Assembly: GCA_973895155.1 (NCBI GenBank)
Contig: OZ316893.1
Span: 10,421,660-10,485,659, forward strand
Source: Marsupella aquatica
Lineage: Eukaryota > Plantae > Marchantiophyta
Length of the DNA stretch: 64,000 nucleotides
Reading direction: 5' to 3'
A program made the position numbers and the translations under genes. The notes beneath the pieces are model-generated. The model was not told where the DNA came from. It made no database searches and saw only the letters and a list, made by a program, of their open reading frames with translations. This document shows positions 51,396 to 63,046 of the stretch, in pieces. Every line of letters starts with the position of its first letter. Position 1 is the first letter of the stretch.

Positions 51396-52542
51396 ATGTC
51401 TTCATCTTCTGAAATCTCCACCACAGACTCGTCCTCCTCTGATGAAGATACACCACCTCAACATCACACGACCGCACCTCCTCCTCGCGGTCCACCCGGT
51501 CAACTTTGTGAATGTTCCAGATGTGTGGGTCAGGTTTCCCAAAAATCTTACATATGTGCCCAACATATTGAGAGATATGGGCGTTGTGGACGTCATACGG
51601 CAGGGGCTTCTTCATCTCATATGGTAAGTGTTATGCCTTAGTTTTCCTACCCTATTCCCATTACTCAATGGTTGAAGGTTTTTAATTTCACACCTACTTT
51701 TGTTTGTTTTGGTTTCGGTGGAATAGGTATCCAATAGGCCTAGACCTGCGGCACAAGCACCCTATGTCCCATCACAAGGTGTTCTAGATGCTATAGGCAA
51801 TGCATTCTCAAAAGCCTTGGGTCTAGCGGCAAGGCCCACCAGTCCTAGGGAAGTTGGGGTTGAGGCTATTGTCCCAAGAGGGAGAAAGCGTTCCAAGAGG
51901 CGGGCCCGAGGGGATACTGATTTGTACAAGGCAGTGGTTACGGGTAGGTGGGGTGATTGTGAGTTCACTGGCAGATGTGTTCCTATCATCAAGGACTGGG
52001 ATCCTGAGACTCTTGGTTTGCCACAACAGCTTTCCTACGGTGCGGAGGTAGAGGTTTGGGGTAGACGTTGGGTTATCAAACCTTCCACACTTGGGGATAG
52101 ACATGGCTATGGAGTTTTTGCCTGTGAGGACATCATTGTGGACGCCGAGAGTGGTAGAGGTGGACGCGGCCGAGAGGGGCCTACTTTGTTTCCTTATGGT
52201 GGACCCATCTACAAGAGAAGACATTGGAACATGATCCTTGCACAACACCCTGAGTGGAAGACTTATGCATTGGACATGGATACTTTTGATGGAAACACTA
52301 GAAGGTATAGTGAGCAGCGTGTCATAGATGGGGACCCCATACGGACTGGGAATATTGCTGGTTTCATAAACAGTACCGTGGGGACTCGCCCTAAGCGTAG
52401 GCAAAATTGTGAGTGGGTTTTCATTGAGGGTCCTCCGCCAGCACCTTATGGCCAGACATATCATCATGACCATTGCCTAGTTTTAGCAACGAGGACCATT
52501 AACTCAGGGGATGAGTTATTTACTCACTATGAGTGGGATTAG
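51396..52542 (+). CDS. Transposase-associated Zn-finger plus SET-domain protein (exons 51396-51623 and 51727-52542; 347 aa)
   Basis: Exon 1 CECSRC..ICAQHIERYG is transposase-associated-domain-like. Phase-0 GT-AG intron. Exon 2 has SET motifs IKPSTL..GYGVFACEDI, PYGG, IDG..GNIAGFINS..NC, LVLATRTINSGDELFTHY. No stops. Confidence 0.85.
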
Positions 52543-52718
52543 GGTTAAGTTAAGGGTCATAGGTGGTATGTTGCATATCAAAGGACACTACATATGGCCT
52601 TTGGCCACATTTTGTATTTGCACCACAACCAATATTATTTCATTTTTGCACACCCCTAGCCCATTTTTGTGTGTGTTCTCTTTGCAATATAACTTTCAAT
52701 TGTTTGCTTTGTTTTTAG

Positions 52719-55700
52719 AATGTGCGACCTTCTCCAAATATGTTACCACGGAGATTGAGAGCAACATATTGAGAAATGGGTATGCCAGAAGAAGGACATG
52801 GATCAGAGTCACACTCCTCATCAAGTGCTAGTGGAAGTAGTAACCCTGATGAAGAGGTACCTCGGACGGATGAACAAGTAACTGATGACCAGGATAGAGC
52901 CATGGATGACTTCATGGTTGATTGGTTTGGTGCCGACAACCCTGGTGATGACCTTCCCAATGAAGGGCAGGTGCCCCCCAATGATCCACGCCCAAGACAT
53001 ACCCCTGAGGGACAACGCCAATGGGAAGAAGCAGAGGAACATGCCCGAACACCTATCTATGAGGGTGCTCGTTTGAGTCGTCTTTCAGCCATCTTGGGGT
53101 TGATGAACCTACAAGCCAAACACAAGGCAAGCAATGCCTTGTTATCTGATATGTTTGCACTTTGCCATGACCTTATGTTACCCACTGAGAATGTGTTGCC
53201 AGCAACTTGGAAGGAGGCAAAGAGTGTTCTTTCATCTATTGGTGTGGAATATCATATTGTTCATGCATGTGTGAATGATTGCATGTTATTTCATGGGGCC
53301 AATGCAAACATGACACAATGTACAACATGTGATGAGCCTCGCTATGACCCCAACATGCTAACAAAGAAGGTGCCAAGGAAGGCTGTTCGTTGGTTTCCCA
53401 TCATTCCTCGGTTGTTGCACATGTATCGGTGTTCTGACTTGGCAGAGTTGATGGTATGGCATAAGACTCATCGATCAGAGTCTGGTGTCATGCGGTTGCC
53501 AGTTGACTCCCCTGCTCACAAACATATTGAGGCAACATGGCCAGACTTTGCACGTGATCCTCGCCATGTGAGGCTAGGATTGGCATCTGATGGAGTTAGC
53601 CCTCATTCACTTGGAGGAAAGGGGCAACCTACATCAGTTTGGCCTGTGGTTGTCATGAATTATAACCTCCCACCATGGCTATCCATGAAGAAGGGGTTCT
53701 TTTTATTGTCTTTGATTATCCCAGGTCCAAAAAAGGTGAAGAACTTTGACACTTACTTGGCACTATTGGTTGGAGAACTTCAAAAATTATGGAATGGAGT
53801 GTGGGCATATGATGGCAGGAAAATTACAAGAGATTTTCCACGTGTCTTTCAATTGAGAGGGATCATTTGTTGGACAATGCATGACTATCCTCACTGGTAA
53901 GATGACTTCCATGCCATTTGCAACCCTTCAATAATGTGTAGTTCCTATTGTTGTTTCCCATGTGACAACCCTAACATAAAGTTTGCATGGTTTGATTTCT
54001 TCTATGTAAGCAGGGTTTGGTTTTGTCTCTGGATTGCAAACTCAGGGGTACAAAGCTTGCTCTACTTGTGGCCCAAGCTTAGAGGACATGGCCACATATT
54101 GTTCATGGATTAGAAAGATTGTTTATATTGGGCATACAAAGTTTCTTCCCATGGGGCATGAGATGAGGTTTGACCCACTTCTATTCTCCTCCTTTGACAT
54201 GCCATTTGGTGATGAGCGTGAAATTCCTGATGCAACAAGTTTTGCACATTGGAAGTCACTAGCTGATAGGGTGGCAGACCCAAATGATTCCTTCACCTTT
54301 GATAGGACAGGTTTGACCAGGTGGAGTATACTAGCCACTTTGCCCTATTGGTCTGAGTTGAAGATCCGCCATCTTTTAGACCCCATGCACATAGAGGGAA
54401 ATGTGGGGAAGGCTTTGATAAAGCATTTTTATGGGGAGAAGGACACTAATTTTAGGGAGGCATGCGAGGAGATGAAAATGCATCCAGATGTTTGGGTGAC
54501 AACTGATCCTATCACAGGTGTGGAGAATCGTCCTTATGCTCCTTGGGTGTTGAGTGTTGGCCAAAGACGTGAATTTTGGAACCGTATAGGAGAGATGCGG
54601 TTTCCTACAGGCTATGGTGCCAACCTTCGAAAAGCTTTTGGGATGGAGGACAATCACAAGTGGCCACGATATCTGAAGACACATGACTATCATCGCCTAT
54701 TGCAGCATATATTGCCAGTGGCAATTATTGGTATAGGGAGTGAAGAAGTGCAAGATGCCATCTGGTCATTGGGTCGTTTGTTGAGATGGATATGCTCAAA
54801 GGAGATATATGTAGAAGAGATCCCTGGGATGGAAGTATTGGCAGCTGAGGTGGTATGCAAGTTGAAGAAAGCCCTTCCTCCTTCCTTCTTTGATTGTCAG
54901 GTTCATTTACTTGTGCATCTTGTGCGGGAGGTTGCCATTGCAGGTCCAGTGCATTGTAGATGGATGTATTGGCTTGAGCGTTACATGGCGGTGTTGAAGG
55001 CTTATGTACGTAACCGTGCACGGGTGGAGGGAAGCATAGCTACAGGATACTTGGCAGCAGAGAGTATGTTTTATTATAGTAACATCTTGGCCACCATTGA
55101 TCCTACTTGTCCACGTACTTGGATGGAGGAAAGAGAAGAGGAGGAGGACCGTTTAACAGGTGCCACAAAAACACGCATGTTGACATCAACAGAGTGGTCA
55201 CAGTTGACAACATTTATGTTGAGTAATAGTAATATCATGGAGAAATGGAGAGAGTTTTATGAGAATGCCAAGAGATCAAGTCAAAGAGCAAGAATTTTTC
55301 CTAAGATGCATGAGTATATGAAGCAAAAGTTGCTTGAGTTGGATGACATGGTGACACAAGGAGGAGATGTGTCCCACTTTCCTACCATCACAGATGACAT
55401 TCGGACCATTGTTCATGGCCCTTTGAGAGTGGTGACATCCAAGACGGCTATGTGGACACAAGGGAGACACTTCAGATCCACTAGTACCTAACCTTTCTTC
55501 CTCTATTAATTCATGTAGATCTTATTTTGATTAGTTATTTCTATTGTTTAAAAACTTTCTATTATCATTAATGACATCCATAACTGTAATGTTGGCTTCT
55601 ATATTTATGCCATAGGCCATGTGGGTTTTGGCTATTTAGGGATGGGTGTCATATTTTGATGATTATTACATTAATGGTATCTTTTGTGTAATAAAAATTT

Positions 55701-56210
55701 GTGGGTTTTGTTAATTTCAGGGTTTCTTCCCTTGATGAGAAGAGGGGTCGTACTTTTGATTGTGGAGTTCAAGGGGAATTTTCTCAAGACTCCAGAAGCA
55801 GCCGCCATGACAGGAACATTGTTAGAGATGTTGTGCCACACTATGGGAAGATAGAGGAGATCTTGGTGGTATCATATGACAACCATTCAAAGTTTGAGGA
55901 ATATGTCTTCAAGTGCAAGTGGTTCAAAGTGAACCTTGTTGGTCAAAATTGCACTGTACTTCAAGATGAGAGTGGGTTTACACGGTTGAAGACAAGTGCC
56001 ACTAGTGTTCAAGCATCTCATTGGCAAACGTCAGAACCATTTGCTTTCCCATCACACTTGGAGCAATGTTTCTACATTCCATACCCCTTAGACACCGAGT
56101 GGTCAATTGTCATCACCTATGTGCCACGTTCTCGTTCCATTGTTTCTGAGAAGCCAGATGTTATTGTATCAGACCTAGATGACCTTGAGGCCGATGAGGA
56201 CCAAGTGTGA
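52719..56210 (+). pseudogene. CACTA Tnp2/TnpD transposase; exons 52719-53896, 54014-55475, 55721-56210 (first exon probably 51396-51623)
   Basis: HACVNDCMLF, CTTCDEPRY, FPIIPRL, RHVRLGLASDG, YNLPPW, MHDYP, LDPMHIEGN, RWMYWLERY, FKCKWF. Lesions: TGA at 52770, 4-bp insertion at 53892-53895, AT instead of GT donor at 55476. Confidence 0.92.
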
Positions 56211-56439
56211 GGGACATATTTATATGCACTTGGGTCTAGCCTAGACATTTGTTCATGTTATATTTGATTTGTTCATGTTTGGTGATATAAAAAAAAGTAT
56301 TGTCTATATTTATATTTGTCATTCACTTTTGAATGAGTCATACTCATGACATATGTATTGAATTGTTTTATTGTGATCACTTGTGAATTTTACATGCAAC
56401 TTTCTATCTAACCTCTATTGCTCAATATAACTTTATTTC

Positions 56440-56645
56440 CTACTTATTCCATAATTTTCATTCTCACCCTCGTGTTTCCCTCCTTCGTGGTACGTCTGTC
56501 CCTCCTCCTCCCTTCCTCTTTCTCCTCCCTCCTTCCTCTTCCATTGTACTCCCTCCCTTTTCCATCCTTCATTGTACCTCCCTCCATCCTCCCTTCCTCT
56601 TCCCTCCTGCCCCATCCATATATTGGACCATCCACCCTCTTCATT
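56440..56645. repeat. Low-complexity polypyrimidine (CCT/CT-rich) tract inside CACTA-2
   Basis: About 200 bp strongly C/T-biased on the + strand. Confidence 0.8.
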
Positions 56646-57192
56646 GTCTCACCTCACAATAATCTTAATTTTTAGTTTGCGAACAATTTGCGAAGCTCAC
56701 AAACTCTCACCAGACTCGCAATTTCTATGAAGCTTTTCGTTTCTCAATATTTCCATACTATACTCTTTGCAAACTTGTGATGCAAAATCAATCACACATT
56801 TCATATTCTCACCGTTTCGCAAATCTTCCATCCTCCGACATTCTTAAACTTGTCAAACAACTACTATCGCAAAACATTTTCAATCCAACCTTCTTCGCAA
56901 ATATTTACATGAGTTAGTTTCGGAGTCGGCGAGCGATTTTCCCGTCTTTAGAAGGCGCCTTTCCATTCGGCGCGTTTCGGTAAAACTTGCAAAACCACTT
57001 ACTTTGCAACGTATTAGCGATATAATGCGCTTCAAGTATTATATTTGCGATAGGGGTAGAATCGCAAATTGCGATGCAGGTTGATTCGCAAATTATGCAA
57101 AGCGCCGCCCATCGGAAATACAAGAGCGTCGACAAAAATACCTTCGCAAAAGTGTCAAATATGTTGTAGTGTGTAGCTTACTCTGTTGTGAA

Positions 57193-57371
57193 GAGGGATA
57201 TGTTTAGTAGACCCCCTTCTGGAAAAATTTTGCTTAATCAACCCCCTCGATACTTTCCCCAACCTGGACCGTTGATGGACCTTTGGATCTCAGATCTGGA
57301 CCATTGATAGACCTCAGGGGGTAGATCAAGTAACAAGTTTCATTTTGGGGGTCTATCAAGCAAATACCTCA
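57193..57371. mobile_element. Mutator-like MITE (179 bp) with 9-bp TSD
   Basis: TGTTGTGAA at 57184-57192 and 57372-57380. About 55-bp imperfect terminal inverted repeats (GAGGGATATGTTTAGTAGACCCCC / GGGGGTCTATCAAGCAAATACCTC). Confidence 0.85.
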
Positions 57372-57769
57372 TGTTGTGAATGGTGGCCTTCAATGCTAAG
57401 CCAAAAAGAGTCTCAAAAACACTCTGCAATCTAGACTCAACAAGTACATACAAAGAATGACTTGTTTACTACAAATTTTATTTATTGATTCTTAAGTTTG
57501 ATTACAAAATTGGTAGGCAAGGCTACTTCTACGGTTTGCAGCCCAGTTGAGCTCAAATATAGTACACCTAGCAGAAATCCTAAATACTCCACTTGCATGG
57601 TGGGAGAACCTAAGTAAAGTACTCCTACCAAAAAACCAATATTTAACTCTTTGAATTTCCCTTAAGGAGTACTTTTACCTGATAACCAAGAAAGAACTAT
57701 GCTGACCTGCCAATAGTCTACAACCCAAATGCACTTAAAATTACACTTATAGTGGAACTACTCCTCAGA

Positions 57770-58820
57770 AATAAGGCCCCGAGGTCTTGTGCTCCTTTGC
57801 AAAGCAATGTTGCTAGAATATTCTGCTTCATTTGAAATATTCGCCTTGCTTGTTCCTCCTATGTCATGGCATCATGATACTTTGATTTTGATGCTGCCTC
57901 AATTTGTTGTGCCTCTCCATCATCTTGTCTTACTCTCATCATGGACTTAAGCTCCCCTAAGATGGCTGCCATATCTTCTTGGGTATGTAGCTTTCAAGGG
58001 CTGAGACTTGGGATGGCCAAGGTTGCCCATTGGTTGCAGATTTGCACTTGGAGTGAGAGTTGGAGGGGTGCAGTGGGGCTATATCTGAAATTCCACCTGA
58101 AGCAGATTGAGGCAGTTGGACCTGATGAAGTTCAAGAGCGCTTTGACTTCTTTGATAAGCCACCCAACGCATCCATGCGGACATGTAGAACATTCTTTGC
58201 CTGCCATATATGAGTGTGTGGACATCAATACTAGACATCATAAGATCTGGATTTTGTGGCACTGCTTTGTCCCCACCTTCTGGATTCCTGATCTAGACTG
58301 AATGTCCTTCAAGCTCACTCTCAAGTGGTCTTTGAGGGTACACTCCTCAAAACAAACATTTGGGTACATGGCCTTGTAGGCAGAGTAGACAGCCTTCCAT
58401 ACCTTCCCAAGAATCAACTGCACAACATTTTCGTTCCCTTTCTTTTTTATATATGAGCTCTGCAAAGTGAATTTGGTAGTCTCCTATGAGCTTACAAGCG
58501 TCATCCTTAGACACCAATTTCCCAGGCAATTCCCATTCTGGCTTTACCTGGGCACCATCCACTGGCAAGTTAAACCTTTCCCTTCCCCTTGTGTTATGGT
58601 GATTCCAAGTCCTGCCCCTTCCCCTACGGCACATTTGCTTCCTTCCCATTTGCATCTCAATTAATTTCACATGCTAGATTTTTGAATTAGCAGCCATGGA
58701 TCAGCTGATAGTTTAATCATCTCAGTGCTCCCTTTGTACTCACTCTCTTCATTGTCATCACCACTATCACTCAACTCACTTTTCTCACAAGTGGCCGCAC
58801 TTTCTTGAAGTGACATCTGA
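57770..58820 (-). pseudogene. Degraded ORF, possibly a Myb/trihelix-like TE accessory protein
   Basis: Frameshift-linked fragments (DDACKLIGDYQIHF.., KVWKAVYSAYKAMYP..TLKDHLR) with an acidic N-terminus and helical C-terminus; weak motif support. Confidence 0.3.
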
Positions 58821-58859
58821 CAATGAATTGGGCATAGTTACCGTCCACTCCAAGAAAGA

Positions 58860-59030
58860 AAATCCAATTGAAGCCATTGACAGCAAGAAATTGAATTGAA
58901 TCCAACTGAAAGCCATGATCTATAGGATGAAATAAATTGAATCAAATGAATTGAATCCAATTGAAAGCCATGATCTATAGGATGAAATAAATTGAATCAA
59001 ATGAATTGAATCCAATTGAAAGCCATCCAC
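58860..59030. repeat. 55-bp-period tandem repeat (about 2.5 copies) with degenerate AATTGAATCC motifs continuing to about 59270
   Basis: GAATTGAATCCAA(C/T)TGAAAGCCATGATCTATAGGATGAAATAAATTGAATCAAAT units start at 58893, 58948 and 59003. Confidence 0.9.
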
Positions 59031-60119
59031 TCAGACCAAGAATCTAACGGATCTGAAGAAATTGAATTGAATTGCAAGAAAATCCAAAAGCATGGTAAGA
59101 AACTGAAATGAATCCATTCAGTCTCATGCATGTTCCATAGGAAGAAATTAAATCCAGTCCAAATATAAACTAAATTGAATTGAAAGCAATTCACATGAAA
59201 AACTCACATTGAATTGAATCCAGTCAAAACCCATCCATGTACGCACAAATGAATCCAAATGCCCTAAATTGAAGGAAAGTGAAAGCTATAAAAACCAACT
59301 ACTCTATTAAATGTAAAGTGGTTGTAACCTGTCAATGAAAGCTTTTGTCTTAGCTGCTAAACTGACTCTGCTCCAAGTTGTTGTTCAAGAGCTGAAGCAA
59401 AACAAACGTTGAATTTTTTCTTTGTCTCCACCTTCACGAGCAACCCAATCATTTCAGCTTTGGCCTCAGCCGTGAGGTGGGCTCGATCTGCAGTGCCCTT
59501 GATTAGAGCCTCAACTTGCTCTTCTATTGAACACATTGCAGAAGGAATAGTGCCAATCCCCACGCCCTTCTCCTTCTTTGCCCGTCTAGCTTGATCATGC
59601 AAATGATGGCGCTCTCCCACCTCCCTCTTTTGTTGTTGCCACTTGTGGTGCCCACTCTCCTGGACCTCAATCAATTGCCCCGCCGCCATGGACTTGATTG
59701 AGCTCATGTGGCGTTTGCTCTGCAACGTTGTGCACACTCCTCTGCAGGTCTTGGAGTAGGAATGGACAACTTTGGACAAAAAACTATCAACCACAAATAT
59801 TCCTGGTTGAAAATTTTTGAACTCACATTTTCTGCCCTTGTACTTAGAATGTTAACCATAGTTGGGTTAACTGTTACTCAACTAAGGTTTTTGCCCAACC
59901 ATGGCTGAGAATTTAGTGAAGATGACACTTTCTCTCTGTTGTGTAACGGACATCAAGTTCTACTTTCTGGTCAGCAGGAAGGGTGAAGAGAAATTGTTTG
60001 CTAGGCCATTTTGAATTATACAGACAACTAAGACCATTGGGGAAGATGACACATTCAATGGTAGAGTCAAAGGGAGAACCTTTTTATAGTGAGAACAATC
60101 CCAATGCCCGTGCATTGCA

Positions 60120-60505
60120 CGAAAGATGTCAAGGTGATAAAAGATGTCGAGGAGAGAAATGATGTCAAACTGAACAAAAGATGTCGAAGTGATAAAAGAT
60201 GTTGAGGAGAGAAAAGATGTCAAGGTGAGCAAAAGATGTAGAGGTGATAAAAAATGTCAAAGAGAGAAAAAAGATGTCAAGGTGATAGAAGATGTCGAGG
60301 TGAGCAAAGGATGTAAAGGAGAAAAGTTGTAAAGGGGAGGAAAGGTATCAAGGTGAGAAAAATGACATTGATCGAGGTGAGTAAAAGATGTCAAGGAGAG
60401 AAAATATGTCAAGATGAGAAAAATATGTCTAAGGTGAGAAAAAGATGTTGAGTAGACAAAAAGATGTCAAGATGACAAAATTATATGAAGGTGAGAAAAA
60501 TTGTT
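60120..60505. repeat. Degenerate purine-rich minisatellite (about 18-20-bp units AAAGATGTC(A/G)AGG(T/A)GA)
   Basis: Roughly 20 imperfect units are visible. Confidence 0.85.
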
Positions 60506-61894
60506 AAGTGGAGGCAAAGGTTTTGGGGCAAAGCATGTCCCAAAGTGTTATTGTAAAAGCAATGTTGTGGGGGAGAGCGAGAGCGTGGGAGGGAACGCAA
60601 GACGGGGGTGGTGGCTGGAGCATCACGTGGTCAAGTGTGGTCGCCCTCTGCTGATATAGAAATCTTTTCTCTCCTTCAATGGTACTGGTTTGTTCTTTCC
60701 TTTTCCACTTTTGTCAATTGCACAAAAGCTTTGAGATGGGATAGTTTTGTATGGTGGGATTTAAAATATGACAATTGTCCTGTTTTAAATTGCCATTACA
60801 TCCATTTCATTGTTATAAACAATTATCACTATGACCATTTTGTTGTTGGGGCCATTTACTCTTGAGGCCATTATGTCTTTGGTAGATAAGGTTATTGCAA
60901 AAAACAATTTAGGATTGAGTGTTAATCTAACTTGGAAAAAATAGGAAATATAAAATTTCTTGATATACTCCCAATAGACTTAAATCTTTTTCACTGTCCT
61001 ATAAATCGTCCCTTTTGAACTCACAACTTAATTTGTATTGTTCTCTATCTTTATTTTACGTGAATGGGGCAATCATGTGTCCAAATGTCATGTGGGGTCT
61101 ACTTAAATTTTTGTGTCAGGACCACCTACCCATGATAGCCACATGTCAACTCACACAATTCCCAATGACCTTTTTGTGGATGTTAGTATATGAGTCTAGA
61201 TGTGGGTGGAAGCCCATCTGTGCCTCAAGCTAGTAGATACTCTTTTATTCTTCTTTTCACAGATCTGATGGGCAGGAAAATGTAAGCTTTAAATCCAAGG
61301 GTCATAATGAGTTCCCTCCAAAAGTGAATTTTGTAAGCAGACGATGAGTACAAAAAGGCGCGATTGTATATTATAGTGAGTAGATAGGTGACGCTTACCC
61401 CACTTACCTTTTCAATTTGTGTTCTTGCATATGTAATTAGAGCATCTCCAACGGTTGCGGTATATGTTACGGTAACGGGGTTATGCCTGAACCCAGTCAC
61501 TTAGAGGGAAAAAGGCAACCCCAACAGGCTGACGCTAACGCCAACGGAGAATGCGCAAACGGGGTTTGAGCTCACAAGATCGCTATACTGCCGCTCATAT
61601 GGCGTATCGACGGGATAACTTTGGCGTTCACGGGGTTCTCTCAGATGCAGATCGGACGGTCTGGAAGGGCTCAAGCTCCGTGCGGGAAGGAACTCCATGC
61701 GGGAAGGAGAAAATGCAAACTGTGAAACAATTCCCGCTTCAAGTCGGGAAAAGGTCATTGACACACAGCGATGAACACATGAAATTGAACAGGGCTTGAA
61801 GCACGTATTGAAGTGTGCGCACTGGCATCACACACAGAGAATTCGTCAATTCTGCATTCTCACTGTCAATTTTCAGCTCCCACAGTGCATCGCC

Positions 61895-63046
61895 ATGCCT
61901 CCACAGGATGTCTCCGCCAAGGGAAAGGGGAAGAAGCAGGCAAATTTCTCAAACATAGAGATTGAGCAGATTGCAAGGTCTTGGCTTGCGTGCAACAACT
62001 GCTCATCTGTGGGAGCTCAGCAAAAGTTGGACGTGTATTGGAGCAAGATTGAGGCACATTTTATGAAAGCCATGGCTGATTTTAGGAAGAAGCACCCAGG
62101 TGTAGTGAAGAATGTACCAAGGTCTATCCGCTCCTTGGGCTTGAAATGGAGTGAAATCAATCACGACTGTGCCTAGTTCACAAGAGCGATGTCAACAATC
62201 ATTGAGCTGAACGAGTCTGGCACTAATGAAGAGGAGCAAATGGAGAAGGCAAAAGCGCTTTATCAACAGACCCACAAGAAGGGCCTTGAGTTTACGATGG
62301 ATGGAGCATGGCAAATCCTGAAGGATTCACTGAAGTGGCAGGTTGCAGCACGACTAAACGACAAGTATCTTGAGCGAGCTTCGAAGCGAAAGAGGAACAA
62401 TAGTGGCATAGGTGTAGACAATGAGACTATTGAACTAGCTGATGAATCAAGCCTTGGAAACAAAATTGCTACACCATAAATGGTTACTGATCGCCCAATT
62501 GGTAACAAGAAAGCCAAGGAGTTGGCTGCTCTAGAAAGGAAGGCTGCCAAGAGCAGGAGTTCATTGGCCGATTCCACATCAGAGATTGCCGCTGCTTTGA
62601 ATCGGAGGGCTCGTGCTATGGAGGATGTTTATGAGATCCAGCTATTCTCTGTGAACATGGACAACCTGGACCTGCAGGCTCAAAAGTTTTTGAAAATGAA
62701 GAGGGAGGTGGCAGAGTTACAGCTCATGAAGCACCTTAAATCTGTGCAAACCTCCAGGGACGAATCCTTGCTCTCACCAATGATTCCAGTTCACCAAGAG
62801 AACATTTCGCCCAATGTTGCAAACAGAGAATGCAACTCTGCACTCTTCCCGGGCGATGAAAGGATCGGAGATGAAGAGGATGCTGACGACGGTGAGGACA
62901 TTGAGGAATCACCTCCAGTAGGAGGAGACTTTGCAAATGAAAACGATACTCCCCTAGATAGTCAGAGTCCGAACTGGATGGATTCTTTTTCAGGGAATGC
63001 TCTCCAATACCAGGATATTAATAGAAACTTGTACTCTTTCATGTAG
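61895..63046 (+). pseudogene. PIF/Harbinger ORF1 (Myb/SANT-like plus NAM-associated-like region)
   Basis: NFSNIEIEQIARSWL..VGAQQK..YWSKI, RSIRSLGLKWSEI, FTMDGAWQILKDSLKW, RPIGNKKAKE. In-frame stops at 62174-62176 and 62477-62479. Confidence 0.85.

Larger units (their letters stand above)
47443..57171 (+). mobile_element. Complete CACTA/EnSpm transposon (CACTA-2, about 9.7 kb) with a TnpA-like gene, a SET exon and a Tnp2 transposase
   Basis: Left TIR CACTACAACACTACCTACACCTTTTGCGAA; right TIR reverse complement CACTACAACATATTTGACACTTTTGCGAA. 3-bp TSD TGC (47440-47442) / TGT (57172-57174). Subterminal TTCGCAA arrays at both ends. Confidence 0.93.

Noticed and set aside
58860-60505. Repeat arrays as CRISPR-like structures
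   Set aside because: No unique spacers between conserved repeats, no cas genes, and a eukaryotic context.
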